A stretch of DNA of 64,000 nt from IMG/VR virus record IMGVR_UViG_3300034095_000254; one strand, given 5' to 3'. Every line of letters starts with the position of its first letter. Within the stretch, counting starts at the first letter, position 1. The translations under genes and the position numbers were made by a program. Source of the stretch: a virus. Below, piece by piece: positions 30,581 to 40,733 of the stretch. A model generated the notes under the pieces. It did not search any database, was not told the DNA's origin, and saw nothing but the letters and a program-made list of their open reading frames with translations.

Positions 30581-32401
30581 ATGGAACTCGTACTTCAAAA
30601 ACAATCTAACCAGCTAGCCCAATCAGGCAGTAAACCAATGTCATCTTATGGTGGTGGAGGTGGTGGCTCAGGTGCAGCTGGTGGAATGGGTAACTTGGCA
30701 CAAGAACTAATAACTTCTTTACAAGACTTAACATCTGGTATAAGAAAATTAGTTACTACTGTGCAGTTCAATACCAGAGCACTTAGCAATGTACCAGCTG
30801 CTAGTGGTGGCGATGGCAAAGGTTTAGAAACGGAAATTGAAGGTAATAGATCTAGAGATGCACAAACTGGATTGTTACTTAAGATCGAAGAAAACACTCG
30901 TGGTATGGGTGGTAAAAAAGACGATAAGAAAAAAGATAGTAAAGACGACAGTAGCTGGTTAGGAAGTATTGCTAAATTTGGTCTTGTTATTGCAGGAGCA
31001 CTTGGTGCTATTGCTGGGCTGTTTATGGCTCAGTTTAAAACAATGAAGTTCTTTGCATCTCTTCTTGCTGATGGTGCAGCCCAAGTAGGAAAAGCATTAA
31101 AGGGTCTGGCTAAGTTTCTAGGATTAGATGGATTTGGTGCTAGTATTGCAGAGAAGTTTAAGCAAGTCGTCACTTTCGTTGACGGTATCGTTGATACTAT
31201 TAAAAGTAAAATAACAAGAGTTGGTGGTGCGATAGCTTCATTCTTTGAAGAATCAGTGACTAAGTTTAAGAAGTATTTCTCTTTCTTCGAAGATTCTAAA
31301 ATCGGACAAACACTAAAAAGTATCGGCACATTCATTAGTGATGTTGTTGGTAAATTTGTTGCACCATTCAAAGATGCGTTCTCTGCATTAAGTGGTGATG
31401 GTGTTGTGATGAAAATTATTAAAAGTATTAAAGACTTCTTCGGTGGAATCGGTGAATACTTTGGTAAATTTGCAAAGGTATTTGGTGCTGTTTCTAAGAT
31501 TGTTTCAAAAATATTTGTGCCCATACAAATCATTATGGGTATATTTGATACTGTTAGTGGTGCAATAGATGGGTTTAAAAAGGAAGGTGTTCTTGGAGCA
31601 ATTCAAGGTGGTATCACTGGACTAATCAATGGTGTGTTCATGTCCTTCTTCGACTTAGTCAAAGATGGTATCTCTTGGATCTTAAGTGCAATCGGCTTCG
31701 ATGATGCAGCCAAGTTCTTAGACTCATTCTCATTCTCTGACTTGTTTGCTTCATTGATGGATAAGATCTTCCATCCAATCAGAACACTTCAAGAAGCATT
31801 TGATGGTTTAGATTTAAAAGCAATGATATTTGAACCAATGGCTAAAGCATGGGCATTTTTAAATGAATCTCTTGGTGGTATCCCACAGAAGATTGTTGAT
31901 AACATTGATTTGTATATCATACAACCACTAGCCAACATATTCGCTCCAGTCACTAATATGTTTAAGGAGATGGCTGCAAAAGTAATTGGATTCTTTAAGG
32001 ATTTTAGTATTCCTGGGGTTTCAATTAAGATTCCATTTAAGGATGATCCATTAAAGATTGGTCCATGGTATCCATTTAAAGGTGATACAAAATCTGAGAG
32101 TGGTGGTGATGCAGCTAAACCTGCAGCTGCAAGTGGTGACACTAAAGGTGCTACACCTGTTACAGCAAGTGAGACTAATAAAGTTTCTACTGTGGCTCCA
32201 ACAGAAGCATCGAATGTGACTGCTGCTTCTAAAAATAATGCAGATTCAGCTTTGGCAAGAGCACAAACTGTTGGTAATAGTACTAGTGTTGTTAATGCTC
32301 CAGTTATGACCAATAACAAAACAACTCAAATTATTAAACCACCTATCCGTAATACAGAACCTTCGGTAAATTCATACCTTAGAAGTAAAATGATTACATA
32401 A
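30581..32401 (+). CDS. Tape-measure-like protein (gp29 equivalent)
   Basis: 606 aa with amphipathic A/G/F/K-rich helical repeats; follows gp26/gp51. Confidence 0.65.
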   Translation: MELVLQKQSNQLAQSGSKPMSSYGGGGGGSGAAGGMGNLAQELITSLQDLTSGIRKLVTTVQFNTRALSNVPAASGGDGKGLETEIEGNRSRDAQTGLLLKIEENTRGMGGKKDDKKKDSKDDSSWLGSIAKFGLVIAGALGAIAGLFMAQFKTMKFFASLLADGAAQVGKALKGLAKFLGLDGFGASIAEKFKQVVTFVDGIVDTIKSKITRVGGAIASFFEESVTKFKKYFSFFEDSKIGQTLKSIGTFISDVVGKFVAPFKDAFSALSGDGVVMKIIKSIKDFFGGIGEYFGKFAKVFGAVSKIVSKIFVPIQIIMGIFDTVSGAIDGFKKEGVLGAIQGGITGLINGVFMSFFDLVKDGISWILSAIGFDDAAKFLDSFSFSDLFASLMDKIFHPIRTLQEAFDGLDLKAMIFEPMAKAWAFLNESLGGIPQKIVDNIDLYIIQPLANIFAPVTNMFKEMAAKVIGFFKDFSIPGVSIKIPFKDDPLKIGPWYPFKGDTKSESGGDAAKPAAASGDTKGATPVTASETNKVSTVAPTEASNVTAASKNNADSALARAQTVGNSTSVVNAPVMTNNKTTQIIKPPIRNTEPSVNSYLRSKMIT

Positions 32402-32427
32402 AAAAAGGGATCGAAAGATCCCTTTTT
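32400..32427. terminator. Bidirectional intrinsic terminator
   Basis: AAAAAAGGGATC-GAAA-GATCCCTTTTT between convergent genes. Confidence 0.9.
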
Positions 32428-32445
32428 AATTTCTACTCTAAAGAA

Positions 32446-33351
32446 TTAATCTTCTTTAGCAATCTTCTCGAAGTACGACATTACATCGTCATCATCTTCG
32501 TTCACTTCAGGCATCTTCGGTGCTGGTTTAGAAGCAATCTTAGGTGCTTGGGCTACAGGACGATCTTCATCTTCAGCGATCTGTGCAGCAGACTTGCTAG
32601 CAAAAGAATCACCAGATAAAACCTCATTAAGTTTCTTTTTCAACTCATCATAAGACTTAAAGTTCTTACGATCAGTAAACTCAGACAACTTAACCTGAGC
32701 AGAAGCGATCTTAACGATCTCGTCATCAGAACCAATTGCTGCTGGCTCCATGAATGCAGACTCATCATAGTTTGCGTAACCATCTTTCTTACGCATACGG
32801 AGTTTGAAGTTTGCACCTTCCCAGAAGTCGAACACATTGACTGGCTTCTCATCTTCAAAGGTTGGACGAGCCTTGTCCATAATCTTATCAAAGATTTTCT
32901 TACCAAACTTCCACAAGAACACTTTACCTTCATTCTCAGGATGCTTAGGATCAGACACAACCAAAACATTGGCAGTGAAACTTAGGCGACGCTTTTGTTT
33001 ACGAGCGATCTCTTTGTTTGCTTCAGAACCAGAGTTCCAAAGAGTGGTGTTCAACTCACCGACAGGATCGTTTTCACCAAGAGTTGTTAGGGAGTTTTCG
33101 ATATACCACTTCCCAGTTGGACCTTGGAAGCCATGTGAGAAGATACGAACCCATGGGAGTTCATCACCTTCTACACGAGGTAGAAATCGGAGTGTTGCTG
33201 TTCCGTTGCCAGCCTTGTCACCTTCGAGTCGCCAAAAGCGATCGTCTGTAAAAGACTTTTGTTCGGATTGTGGGTTTGCGACTTTTTCGAATGCAGAGCT
33301 AATTGCTCCAAAGTCAGAGTTACGCATTTTGCGTAGAGATTGAATGTCCAT
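32446..33351 (-). CDS. Single-stranded DNA-binding protein gp32
   Basis: DDRFW, GNGTATLRFLP, GKWYIENSLTTLG, FKLRMRK, acidic tail. Confidence 0.96.
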   Translation of the reverse strand: MDIQSLRKMRNSDFGAISSAFEKVANPQSEQKSFTDDRFWRLEGDKAGNGTATLRFLPRVEGDELPWVRIFSHGFQGPTGKWYIENSLTTLGENDPVGELNTTLWNSGSEANKEIARKQKRRLSFTANVLVVSDPKHPENEGKVFLWKFGKKIFDKIMDKARPTFEDEKPVNVFDFWEGANFKLRMRKKDGYANYDESAFMEPAAIGSDDEIVKIASAQVKLSEFTDRKNFKSYDELKKKLNEVLSGDSFASKSAAQIAEDEDRPVAQAPKIASKPAPKMPEVNEDDDDVMSYFEKIAKED

Positions 33352-33574
33352 CGTATTTCCTTTATATTAAAAGTATTAATTTGTATTATCGTTTTGTATA
33401 TGTTGAATCTGAATATCATCAGTTATTTCAATATCATCATCAAAGATGCCATCATCAAAATCAAGTTCTTCTTCAACATAACTATTTAGCGTTTTCATAC
33501 CACCACCTTTTCCAGAACGCTTTCCAGAAAATTCGTTATCAGTTTTTTGTTTATTGTATGTCTTACCCATTGTA

Positions 33575-34186
33575 TCACTCTGCAAGTTCTTCTTTAAAAT
33601 GCTCGAAGATTTTACCTATCTTAATTCTATCGTATTTAACGAACCCAGTCAACTTTTTAATTCTTCGCAACTCGTCTTCCCATATGTATCTTACAGAAGC
33701 ATGGGTTGCCCATTCATCAAGTATGTCTATCTGGTCGTTTATGATATTTAGAGTTTCTATCGCAATTTTACCTCCAACAAATAAGTTTAGTGCCACGGGA
33801 TATTCGTTTTCTGTAAACTGAAATATTGCAGTTGGTTTTAACTTGTTCACTTCAGCATAGGTTAATAGAGTTGCTAAGTCATCAACGAAAATCTTAGTCA
33901 TAGACTGCTTTCGTTTCTGCCATTGCAAGTAATTATCATCTGCTTCTTGACCAGCATAAATGGCTTGGTCGTTACCATACGCAAAGTTCGCCACAAAGAA
34001 CTGGATGATGTCTTTATCATCTTGTCGTTTGCTTGCTAACTTCTCGAATATGTATCTGTCATTCCGAGCATTAAATGCTTCACGAGTACCACGAACATTA
34101 CCTCTGTTCTCGAAGACATTGAATCTGTCGGTGGTGAAGTGAAGTTTAATTGCTAGGTAATAACGATATGCCTTAAATCCATCCAT
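33575..34186 (-). CDS. Helicase loader gp59
   Basis: YRYYLAIKLHF, RNDRYIFEKLA; T4 synteny 33-59-32. Confidence 0.88.
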   Translation of the reverse strand: MDGFKAYRYYLAIKLHFTTDRFNVFENRGNVRGTREAFNARNDRYIFEKLASKRQDDKDIIQFFVANFAYGNDQAIYAGQEADDNYLQWQKRKQSMTKIFVDDLATLLTYAEVNKLKPTAIFQFTENEYPVALNLFVGGKIAIETLNIINDQIDILDEWATHASVRYIWEDELRRIKKLTGFVKYDRIKIGKIFEHFKEELAE

Positions 34187-34401
34187 TACACATCCAGTTG
34201 TGCTTGCTTTGGTAAGTAGTTCAAATCACGAAAATTCATTTCAATCTTATCTTTCAGAGATCTATTAATCAGCTTCGATACATCTTCTGGTTCAAGATAG
34301 TTTTCTTTACAATATTCAAGAACAGCATCCATATATGTCATTTTACTATTACGAACCATTTCTTCTATATGAAGAGAAAATTCATTTGCAGTTTTAAACA
34401 T
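34186..34401 (-). CDS. Late transcription coactivator gp33
   Basis: FSLHIEEMV...YMDAVLEYC...LKDKIE; synteny. Confidence 0.85.
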   Translation of the reverse strand: MFKTANEFSLHIEEMVRNSKMTYMDAVLEYCKENYLEPEDVSKLINRSLKDKIEMNFRDLNYLPKQAQLDV

Positions 34402-34402
34402 A

Positions 34403-34612
34403 TCATTCTTTGCTAATCCAGTACTGAGTTGTTCTAAGTTCATGGTTTACCTTTTCGTATTCTTTGAGTTTATTTTTATAAAGTTTCCATACAGGGGTAT
34501 CTGTTCTATCAGGATCCATCTGTCGTTCAAACTTCTCAAGGAACATAGAGAAGAATTTATCTAATTTCATTTTTTGGACTTGTAAGTCACTATACTTCTC
34601 AATCAGTGTCAT
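34403..34612 (-). CDS. Hypothetical protein (probably leaderless)
   Basis: 69-aa ORF; TTGTCT-17-TATAAT ends 5 nt before ATG. Confidence 0.65.
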   Translation of the reverse strand: MTLIEKYSDLQVQKMKLDKFFSMFLEKFERQMDPDRTDTPVWKLYKNKLKEYEKVNHELRTTQYWISKE

Positions 34613-35045
34613 AATATATTATACCTTATTTGTTATTGCAAGACAAGTTAATTAAATTGCCACCATAGAATGCAACATCCATGATGAGTGCGTCATTTTC
34701 ATTTCGCAACTTGTCAATCTGCGCTTTCAATGTTTCTATTTCTTCATAGTGTCGTTTACGAAGAAGTTCAATCTGTCCTTCTTTTTCAGAACACTTAACG
34801 CAAAATTCGAACATCACAATCCCCTAATATGATCAATTACCATTTTGGCATCTTTGTAGCCTGATGCTTCAACAGCTTGTTCAAGATAGTCTGATGCAAT
34901 TTCAGTTAGTCGTTTTGATTGCATCTTAATTAACATCTCATTAGATAACTCAGCGAATTCTTGATCAGACGAACCATCATCATAAACATTTTCCCATGTT
35001 CCGTCTTTGCGTAGTCTAATTTTCATTATGTGTTTCATTACTCAT

Positions 35046-35393
35046 TTATCCTCTCCTCATAGTGGCGATATCTCTTGCTTGTTCATCAGAGAAGACTGGA
35101 ATTGCATTAGACTTGTGCATCGTACCAATACCCTTAATGGCAGAGCCTGTATAAACAGGGTTAGGTTTCTTGTAACAAGGTGCACCAGTAAATGGAAGAC
35201 TCGGATGCTTAGGTGTCTCACGACAAGCAGATTTTCCGAGTGAGTATACCTCACTGAGTTGTTGCTTTGGTTTAGCAACAGTCTTTGTGGGATACTTCTT
35301 TAACATGGCTTCCCATGATGCTTTCAACTGTCGTTGCTTTGCAGTCGGTTTCTTCTTCTTAGATTTTCCAAGTGATGTATGTAGCATTTGCAT
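35046..35393 (-). CDS. Basic hypothetical protein (probably leaderless)
   Basis: YTGSAIKGIGTMHKSNAIPV; promoter at 35401-35429. Confidence 0.7.
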   Translation of the reverse strand: MQMLHTSLGKSKKKKPTAKQRQLKASWEAMLKKYPTKTVAKPKQQLSEVYSLGKSACRETPKHPSLPFTGAPCYKKPNPVYTGSAIKGIGTMHKSNAIPVFSDEQARDIATMRRG

Positions 35394-35631
35394 AAGATCT
35401 ATTATACCTCAAATAAAGTTGCAAGTCAATGGTTATTTTTCACCATATCAATAATCTGGTCTGCAGTCACAGTATTCAAATCAATAGTCATATTCTTAGA
35501 TCTGACCCAGTCAGCTACACCAGCAATTATTAAAGCAAAAAACTTTTCCTGTGGTTCTAATTCATACTTTCGTTCATTCCAAACTACTTTATCGTGAACA
35601 CCCATTTCGTTAATTGGTATAGGACATTTCA

Positions 35632-36327
35632 TCATACAACGAATCCTGTGGTATCTTTCTTTGCTTTACCCTTTGCTTTCAATCCAACAATAACACCCTT
35701 TGGATCTAAGAAGCGGAGATCTGTCTCGTCGCCATTGATAACTGTACGACCGAGATATGTATCTGGCACTTTGTGAAATACAGCTGCAACATTCATGCCA
35801 TTTGATAACGCAAGACGAACATCCATATCATTACCATCTGCCTTAGAGAAAGTCAGGTGATAGTTAGGAATGTGCTTTACTTTGCGATTGTTAATTTTAG
35901 TGTAGTCGTAAAATTGGACTTCTGGGAACATTTGGAAAATGTTCTTGCCGTTTGCAACTTCATACTTCTCCCATGAGAGATCTGAAGTACCATTCAAACG
36001 AAAGACTGGAATCAGTCCTTGCTTTTCTGCTTTGGTTTTTGTTTTGATAATCTCAACAGTCAACTCATTGAGGAATGCTTGACGATTTTCGAAGAATGCT
36101 TTGGTCTTACGAATTCGTGCTTGCTGAATCACATTAGTGGACTCACCTTTCTTGAAGATGCCACCACGACCAGCAGTATTTAAACATGCCATCGTGCAAC
36201 CAGCTGTTCGTTTAGGGCACACTTCTTTACCTGATAAAGTTGCAGGTGCAAAGTGTAACACTGAAGACAAGTAACCCTTCTTCTGACCCTTTAACAACTT
36301 TGGGTTGCCAACTGTAAGTAAACTCAT
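35632..36327 (-). CDS. Gene-product-88-like Cys-containing protein
   Basis: CPKRTAGCTMACL, FRLNGTSD, QFYDYTK, NYHLTFS, DETDLRFLD. Confidence 0.65.
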   Translation of the reverse strand: MSLLTVGNPKLLKGQKKGYLSSVLHFAPATLSGKEVCPKRTAGCTMACLNTAGRGGIFKKGESTNVIQQARIRKTKAFFENRQAFLNELTVEIIKTKTKAEKQGLIPVFRLNGTSDLSWEKYEVANGKNIFQMFPEVQFYDYTKINNRKVKHIPNYHLTFSKADGNDMDVRLALSNGMNVAAVFHKVPDTYLGRTVINGDETDLRFLDPKGVIVGLKAKGKAKKDTTGFVV

Positions 36328-36863
36328 AATTAAGACTCCATTTCAACGATATAATAGAGATATTATACGCTAATTCGGAATTAAAGACAACCCTCTAGAA
36401 CACCTGTATCCTAGAGGGTTGGTTTGGTAAGTAACTACTTACTTGGAGGATTTCGGGGTTGAAATCCCTTGCTGATGAGAAGCTGCATAGGCTACACAGA
36501 CCACATCTGACTGGTTTGCATAGGCACAACGAACTGCAACGGGATCAATCCCCTTTACAATCGCTGATTCTACATTTCTCTCGACAGACTTCAACTCACT
36601 ATACTGATAGAAAGTAATCGATCCAATAAGTGTCACTATTGCAAGAGTAACACAACTAACAAAAACATTATCATTCATAATCATCCCCTTTAATTTACCA
36701 AGAACCATCATCTAAGACAGCCCTGACCCAAAATGGTCCAAAATATACAGCTAACAAATATCCGTTTGGATCTGTATCGTTTGGTCCAGTTTTTTCTACT
36801 CGAAATTCCCAGTGGTAAGGATTTAAAACAAATCCAATCCAGATACCAGAGAATTTTACATAA

Positions 36864-37427
36864 TTAAGTAAGTTCTTTAACTTCATCGCATAATCCTAAT
36901 TTTTTGGCTTCAGAGGGACTTAACCAAATATCCTGTGGTGGCAATAGAACCTCACGGATCTTTGCATCAGATAATCCAGAACACTTTTTATAGTGATGGA
37001 TCATTTTCTTGGTAGTTAAGTCGAACTCTTTTACCGTTGCGAATAATTCGTGTTCCTTACCAAAAGCACCCCAAGAATACTGGTGTGACAGTATAGATGT
37101 GTTTGGTGTAAGAATACGATGCCCTTTGTCACCAGCGATAAAAATCATGAGTCCAGCTGATGCGATCTGTCCTAAGCCAATCGTGCGAATAGGAATTGCT
37201 GAACCCTTCATAGTGTCAATCACTGCAAACGCTGCATTTAAATCACCACCTGGAGAACAGATGATGAGATTCAATAAGTCTGGTCGCTCTTCAGCGAAGT
37301 TTGCTTCAAAAATCCATTCAACTAATTGCTTTGCTGACTGTAATGTTACTTCTTCCATCAAAAGGTAAAACGAGTGCGCAGAATCGTCACCACTATCTTT
37401 GAGTTGAATGTTTAGTTTGTTCATCAT
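36864..37427 (-). CDS. clpP: ClpP-like protease subunit
   Basis: ICSPGG, GLGQIASAG (catalytic Ser), ILSHQ (His), DIWLSPSEAKKLGLCD. Confidence 0.85.
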   Translation of the reverse strand: MMNKLNIQLKDSGDDSAHSFYLLMEEVTLQSAKQLVEWIFEANFAEERPDLLNLIICSPGGDLNAAFAVIDTMKGSAIPIRTIGLGQIASAGLMIFIAGDKGHRILTPNTSILSHQYSWGAFGKEHELFATVKEFDLTTKKMIHHYKKCSGLSDAKIREVLLPPQDIWLSPSEAKKLGLCDEVKELT

Positions 37428-37937
37428 TTAGATACTATCTCTCTGTTTATAAAAAATGTGTCTGCCGATTACTGCAGTTCGTTCAAGTTTCCATCGTGGA
37501 TTAACATAATCCGCATGGTAGAATAATGCACCTCTTGTCATGTCATGCATCTTTTCATAGTTAGCATACACAAGCAGTGCAATGTCTCTTGCTTGTAAAT
37601 ATGCTGAAGTGTTCTGTGTCTTTTTATGCTCACAGAACCAAGTGAACTGACATGTAGATCTTGTCCTTTGTTTCACTACAGAGCAAATATCTTTTGGGAA
37701 TTGTGGGTCTTGCACCCTATTCAATGTTACCATCGCAACTGCGATCTTTCCATCTCGTGGTTCATAACCTGCTTCATAATAAATGTTTTCTGCCAAGCAA
37801 TCAACTTGCGTTTTGGCTTCTGCTGTTAATTGGGTATATGCTACACCAATAATTCTTTCTTGTGAAAAACCTGTACATACTAATAATGTTGCACTTATTA
37901 AAAATATTGCTGCTAAACTGTATAGTCGTTTATGCAT
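37428..37937 (-). CDS. SleB/Hydrolase_2 cell-wall hydrolase with N-terminal signal
   Basis: CLAENIYYEA, VTLNRV, CQFTWFC, GALFYHADYV.PRW, IGRHIFY. Confidence 0.9.
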   Translation of the reverse strand: MHKRLYSLAAIFLISATLLVCTGFSQERIIGVAYTQLTAEAKTQVDCLAENIYYEAGYEPRDGKIAVAMVTLNRVQDPQFPKDICSVVKQRTRSTCQFTWFCEHKKTQNTSAYLQARDIALLVYANYEKMHDMTRGALFYHADYVNPRWKLERTAVIGRHIFYKQRDSI

Positions 37938-37999
37938 AGTTATCTCCTTAAAACAGTTAAGGATTGCAGAGTGTGTGAACCCTGCAATCCAATTCCCTA

Positions 38000-38272
38000 T
38001 CAGGTGGACTTTTTGCTAGTCTTTGTATCTAGTGGGATGTTTGAAACAAAACCATTTAGGGTCTGAGCCTTTGCAATGATTTCAGTCTCGGATGGATAAG
38101 CTGGAAACCCTGGATGAACAGGCATCTCACCACCATTGATTTTAGCAACTTCTACTTTCGTAGACCATTCATTGCTAATTACTTCACGCTTACCGTAGTA
38201 TTCATCGCTAAGCATTTCTTTCGCCATTTTTAAAAGTTCTAGGCGAATCTCGAACGGAGTCATGTTACTCAT
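38000..38272 (-). CDS. Hypothetical protein
   Basis: MSNMTPFEIRLELLKMA with AAGGA RBS. Confidence 0.7.
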   Translation of the reverse strand: MSNMTPFEIRLELLKMAKEMLSDEYYGKREVISNEWSTKVEVAKINGGEMPVHPGFPAYPSETEIIAKAQTLNGFVSNIPLDTKTSKKST

Positions 38273-38358
38273 ATTATTTCCTTTGTGTGTTAATGAGTTG
38301 TGTGTAATGAAGGTTTTATTGGGATCCTTCAACCCACTGTGTACAATTATTTAGGATC

Positions 38359-38922
38359 TTACCAAACCCAAGAAACGAAAGTGTATCGTGTACCTTCAAA
38401 AATTTCTGTAACCTTATGTGGATATAAAAAATTTGATGGGAATACCATAATTTGACCAGCTTTGATTTCGATTTCCATATCATCAAACATAATAAATTTA
38501 CCACCAGTGTAGTCATTATTTAAACTACCAAGAGCAGTTAAGGTTGGTATACCTTTCATCTGACCATCAAACATACTATGAATATGATCACAATGAACAC
38601 TCATAATTTGGTCTTTTCTATAACGATTAAATCTTACTCTAGTGTAACCATTCCAACCACGATACCAACCAAAATTTAATTCTGTAAGATACTTAACTAA
38701 ACTCTCATGCACATTTTGCATAAGAGTATCTTTTGTTGTTATCTCATCCCAAGAATTATTTAACTCTTTATCTCCATTTTTTGGATTTGATTCCTGTGTT
38801 GATGGATTATGATATGTATGTTGATGCCAATTAACATTTTGCAATTCTTGTATGGAAAGATCACATATTGGTTTAGGGATTGCATCATAAACTTTTATGT
38901 AATCTTCTAATCGCATTTGCAT
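38359..38922 (-). CDS. 2OG-Fe(II) oxygenase
   Basis: HCD, LNNDYTGG, FPSNFLYPHKV, GTRYTFVSW. Confidence 0.9.
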   Translation of the reverse strand: MQMRLEDYIKVYDAIPKPICDLSIQELQNVNWHQHTYHNPSTQESNPKNGDKELNNSWDEITTKDTLMQNVHESLVKYLTELNFGWYRGWNGYTRVRFNRYRKDQIMSVHCDHIHSMFDGQMKGIPTLTALGSLNNDYTGGKFIMFDDMEIEIKAGQIMVFPSNFLYPHKVTEIFEGTRYTFVSWVW

Positions 38923-38924
38923 GA

Positions 38925-39122
38925 TTATTTCTTTGCTTCTTCTTTCTTTTCTACTTTCTTAGGAGTAGGTTTTTCACCCTTTGGTGCTGGAGGACAGTTA
39001 CCTTTCTTATCCTTCGTCACGCAATTCACTTCTTCTTTCTTTGGTTCTTCTTTCTTTACATGATCTGCTGAAAATGCTACAGAAGAAAAAGCCAATACTA
39101 ACAATGCAATAAATGATTTCAT
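38925..39122 (-). CDS. Small secreted K/E-rich protein
   Basis: Signal peptide MKSFIALLVLAFSSVAFSA; two Cys. Confidence 0.65.
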   Translation of the reverse strand: MKSFIALLVLAFSSVAFSADHVKKEEPKKEEVNCVTKDKKGNCPPAPKGEKPTPKKVEKKEEAKK

Positions 39123-39137
39123 TTAATTTCCTTTAAA

Positions 39138-39404
39138 TTATTTTTCGAAAACTGCAATGATAAACTCTTCTTTAATCATTGCTCTTTGTACATCACCAAT
39201 TTTCACTGGAGATGCTTTAGCCCAATCTATCAAAACAACATCATCAATTTTAACATCAGTTACATCTGGACCAACTGCAAGAACAGTTGCCTTTGCTGTA
39301 TTTAAAGGACTGCGAATACCTTCAATAATAATACCAGATTCAGTTTTATCTTCTTTTTTATTCTCTGCGACCAGTACCTGCGTCTTCAATGGCAATACAT
39401 TCAT
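39138..39404 (-). CDS. groES: Co-chaperonin GroES-like (gp31 analogue)
   Basis: PLKTQVLV, KTESGIII, VLAVGPDV. Confidence 0.88.
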   Translation of the reverse strand: MNVLPLKTQVLVAENKKEDKTESGIIIEGIRSPLNTAKATVLAVGPDVTDVKIDDVVLIDWAKASPVKIGDVQRAMIKEEFIIAVFEK

Positions 39405-39427
39405 TATTAAATCCCTATGTTATAAAA

Positions 39428-39736
39428 TTAGTGGATGGTTATTCTGTTACGAGGAAACCATCCGAAACCCTAAGCAGTGTTTAGGCTGCTAATGCGAACT
39501 GTGCGTCGTTTGCGTTTACGGTTTTTTACTTTTTACGACTCTCTGTGTCGTGCTGTCCACTCATTTACTTATTGCCCTGTCGAAACCTAGTCACCCCCAT
39601 CAAAAGTATTTTAGTATGCACTTAATCCAGAGGTGCAACTTTAACGCACATTGGCTGACTAAAATACTTTTGGTGGAGGTGGGGAGAATCGAACTCCCGT
39701 CCAGAACACCTTTCTCTTTGCTTCATACAGCAATAA
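39428..39736 (-). ncRNA. ssrA: Circularly permuted (two-piece) tmRNA; tag (A)ANDAQFALAA
   Basis: Acceptor piece with T-arm and CACCTCCACCA ends at 39671; coding piece starts GGGGGTG at 39598; G3:U70 pair; tag frame 39513-39481. Outer ends approximate. Confidence 0.92.
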
Positions 39737-39741
39737 CCTAC

Positions 39742-39770
39742 ATTATACATTATATTTAGTTACAAGTCAA
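39742..39770 (-). promoter_or_regulatory. Sigma70 promoter with embedded late promoter for tmRNA
   Basis: TTGACT-17-TATAAT with CTAAATA inside the spacer. Confidence 0.75.
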
Positions 39771-40483
39771 ATGTTTTTCAAATTCTTATAATCTAATCTT
39801 AATTTCTTAAAGCCACCAATCCAGTTGTCTCGTTTCTCGATAAACCATCTTGGATCATCACTATCAACTGCCATAATAATCACAAGCCTACCAATAGGTA
39901 TTCCTGTTCGTTCTTCAAATGCTACTGCATATGCTGCAGTTTGCATGAAGTAGTTATGAATGTCATCTCTGTCTTTTGGTTTGCTGGATGTCTTAAAATC
40001 TATGACAGACAGTTTACCTTGGAACTCTGCGATACAGTCAACTGTTCCTGCGACTTGTAAATGGTCAGACCATAACGGAGTCTCCAAGCAGTGGATGTTG
40101 TCGATTTGGTCGAGGAGTGGTCTGATTGAGTTGAACATCTCTGCATCAAACATATCTGGCTCAACATGCTCTCCAAGGAGAAAGTCTTCGCAGTGTTGGT
40201 GAATTCTTGTGCCTCTTGCACTGGCTCTTCCAGAGATTCGGTTGGCTTCTGCTTCTCCGACTCTTTTTCGCCATTCCATGATTCCCTTCGCTGAGTGCAA
40301 TCCTGTAACTGTCGTAACGGAGGGATAGGATTTACCCGATGGGGTTTTGTATAACCTTGTACCATCAGGTTTCGTGTCTCGTTCAAGTTTACCGAAATCA
40401 TGGCGAATAAAGTTTCTTACTTTAGACTGAGAAACTGCTTCCACATCCGCAGGTTGATTTGGCATTTGGGTTTGATATAACAA
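39767..40483 (-). CDS. PD-(D/E)XK exonuclease (start uncertain)
   Basis: YPSVTTV, RGTRIH, AGTVDC, VIDFKTS, YFMQTAAYA. Confidence 0.88.
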   Translation of the reverse strand: MLYQTQMPNQPADVEAVSQSKVRNFIRHDFGKLERDTKPDGTRLYKTPSGKSYPSVTTVTGLHSAKGIMEWRKRVGEAEANRISGRASARGTRIHQHCEDFLLGEHVEPDMFDAEMFNSIRPLLDQIDNIHCLETPLWSDHLQVAGTVDCIAEFQGKLSVIDFKTSSKPKDRDDIHNYFMQTAAYAVAFEERTGIPIGRLVIIMAVDSDDPRWFIEKRDNWIGGFKKLRLDYKNLKNI

Positions 40484-40733
40484 ATTGAGATCCTTTTAAT
40501 TTATCACTAGTAAAATCTATAGTAGCGTTTTCAAAATACTGCATACTCATTACATCCACTACAAGATTGTCAATAACGAAGTCATCTTCTTCTTTGTTCT
40601 CTTCAATAGTAAATCCATAATTAAAACCAGAGCATCCACCTCCAGAGATAAATGCTCTTACATATTTTCCATTCGGTTCATCCATTAGGATCTCATCGAG
40701 TTGTTTCTTTGCTGTTTCTGTTACGGTAATCAT
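40422..40733 (-). CDS. A-type Fe-S carrier (IscA/ErpA)
   Basis: GGGCSGFNY, NPNAKSTCGCGSSF. Confidence 0.93.
   Translation of the reverse strand: MITVTETAKKQLDEILMDEPNGKYVRAFISGGGCSGFNYGFTIEENKEEDDFVIDNLVVDVMSMQYFENATIDFTSDKLKGSQFVISNPNAKSTCGCGSSFSV

Noticed and set aside
5422-33343. Long antisense ORFs (5422-6018, 16725-17168, 31030-31533, 31789-32319, 32804-33343)
   Set aside because: Shadow frames of well-supported genes, produced by codon bias.
37961-37990. GGATTGCAG/CTGCAATCC hairpin as a terminator
   Set aside because: No U-tract on the coding strand; function cannot be assigned.
39671-39702. Orphan or pseudo tRNA-Ala half
   Set aside because: It is the acceptor piece of the permuted tmRNA.
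39767-40483. Cas4-like nuclease suggesting CRISPR
   Set aside because: No repeat-spacer array or cas genes seen; this is an ordinary T4-like PD-(D/E)XK exonuclease.
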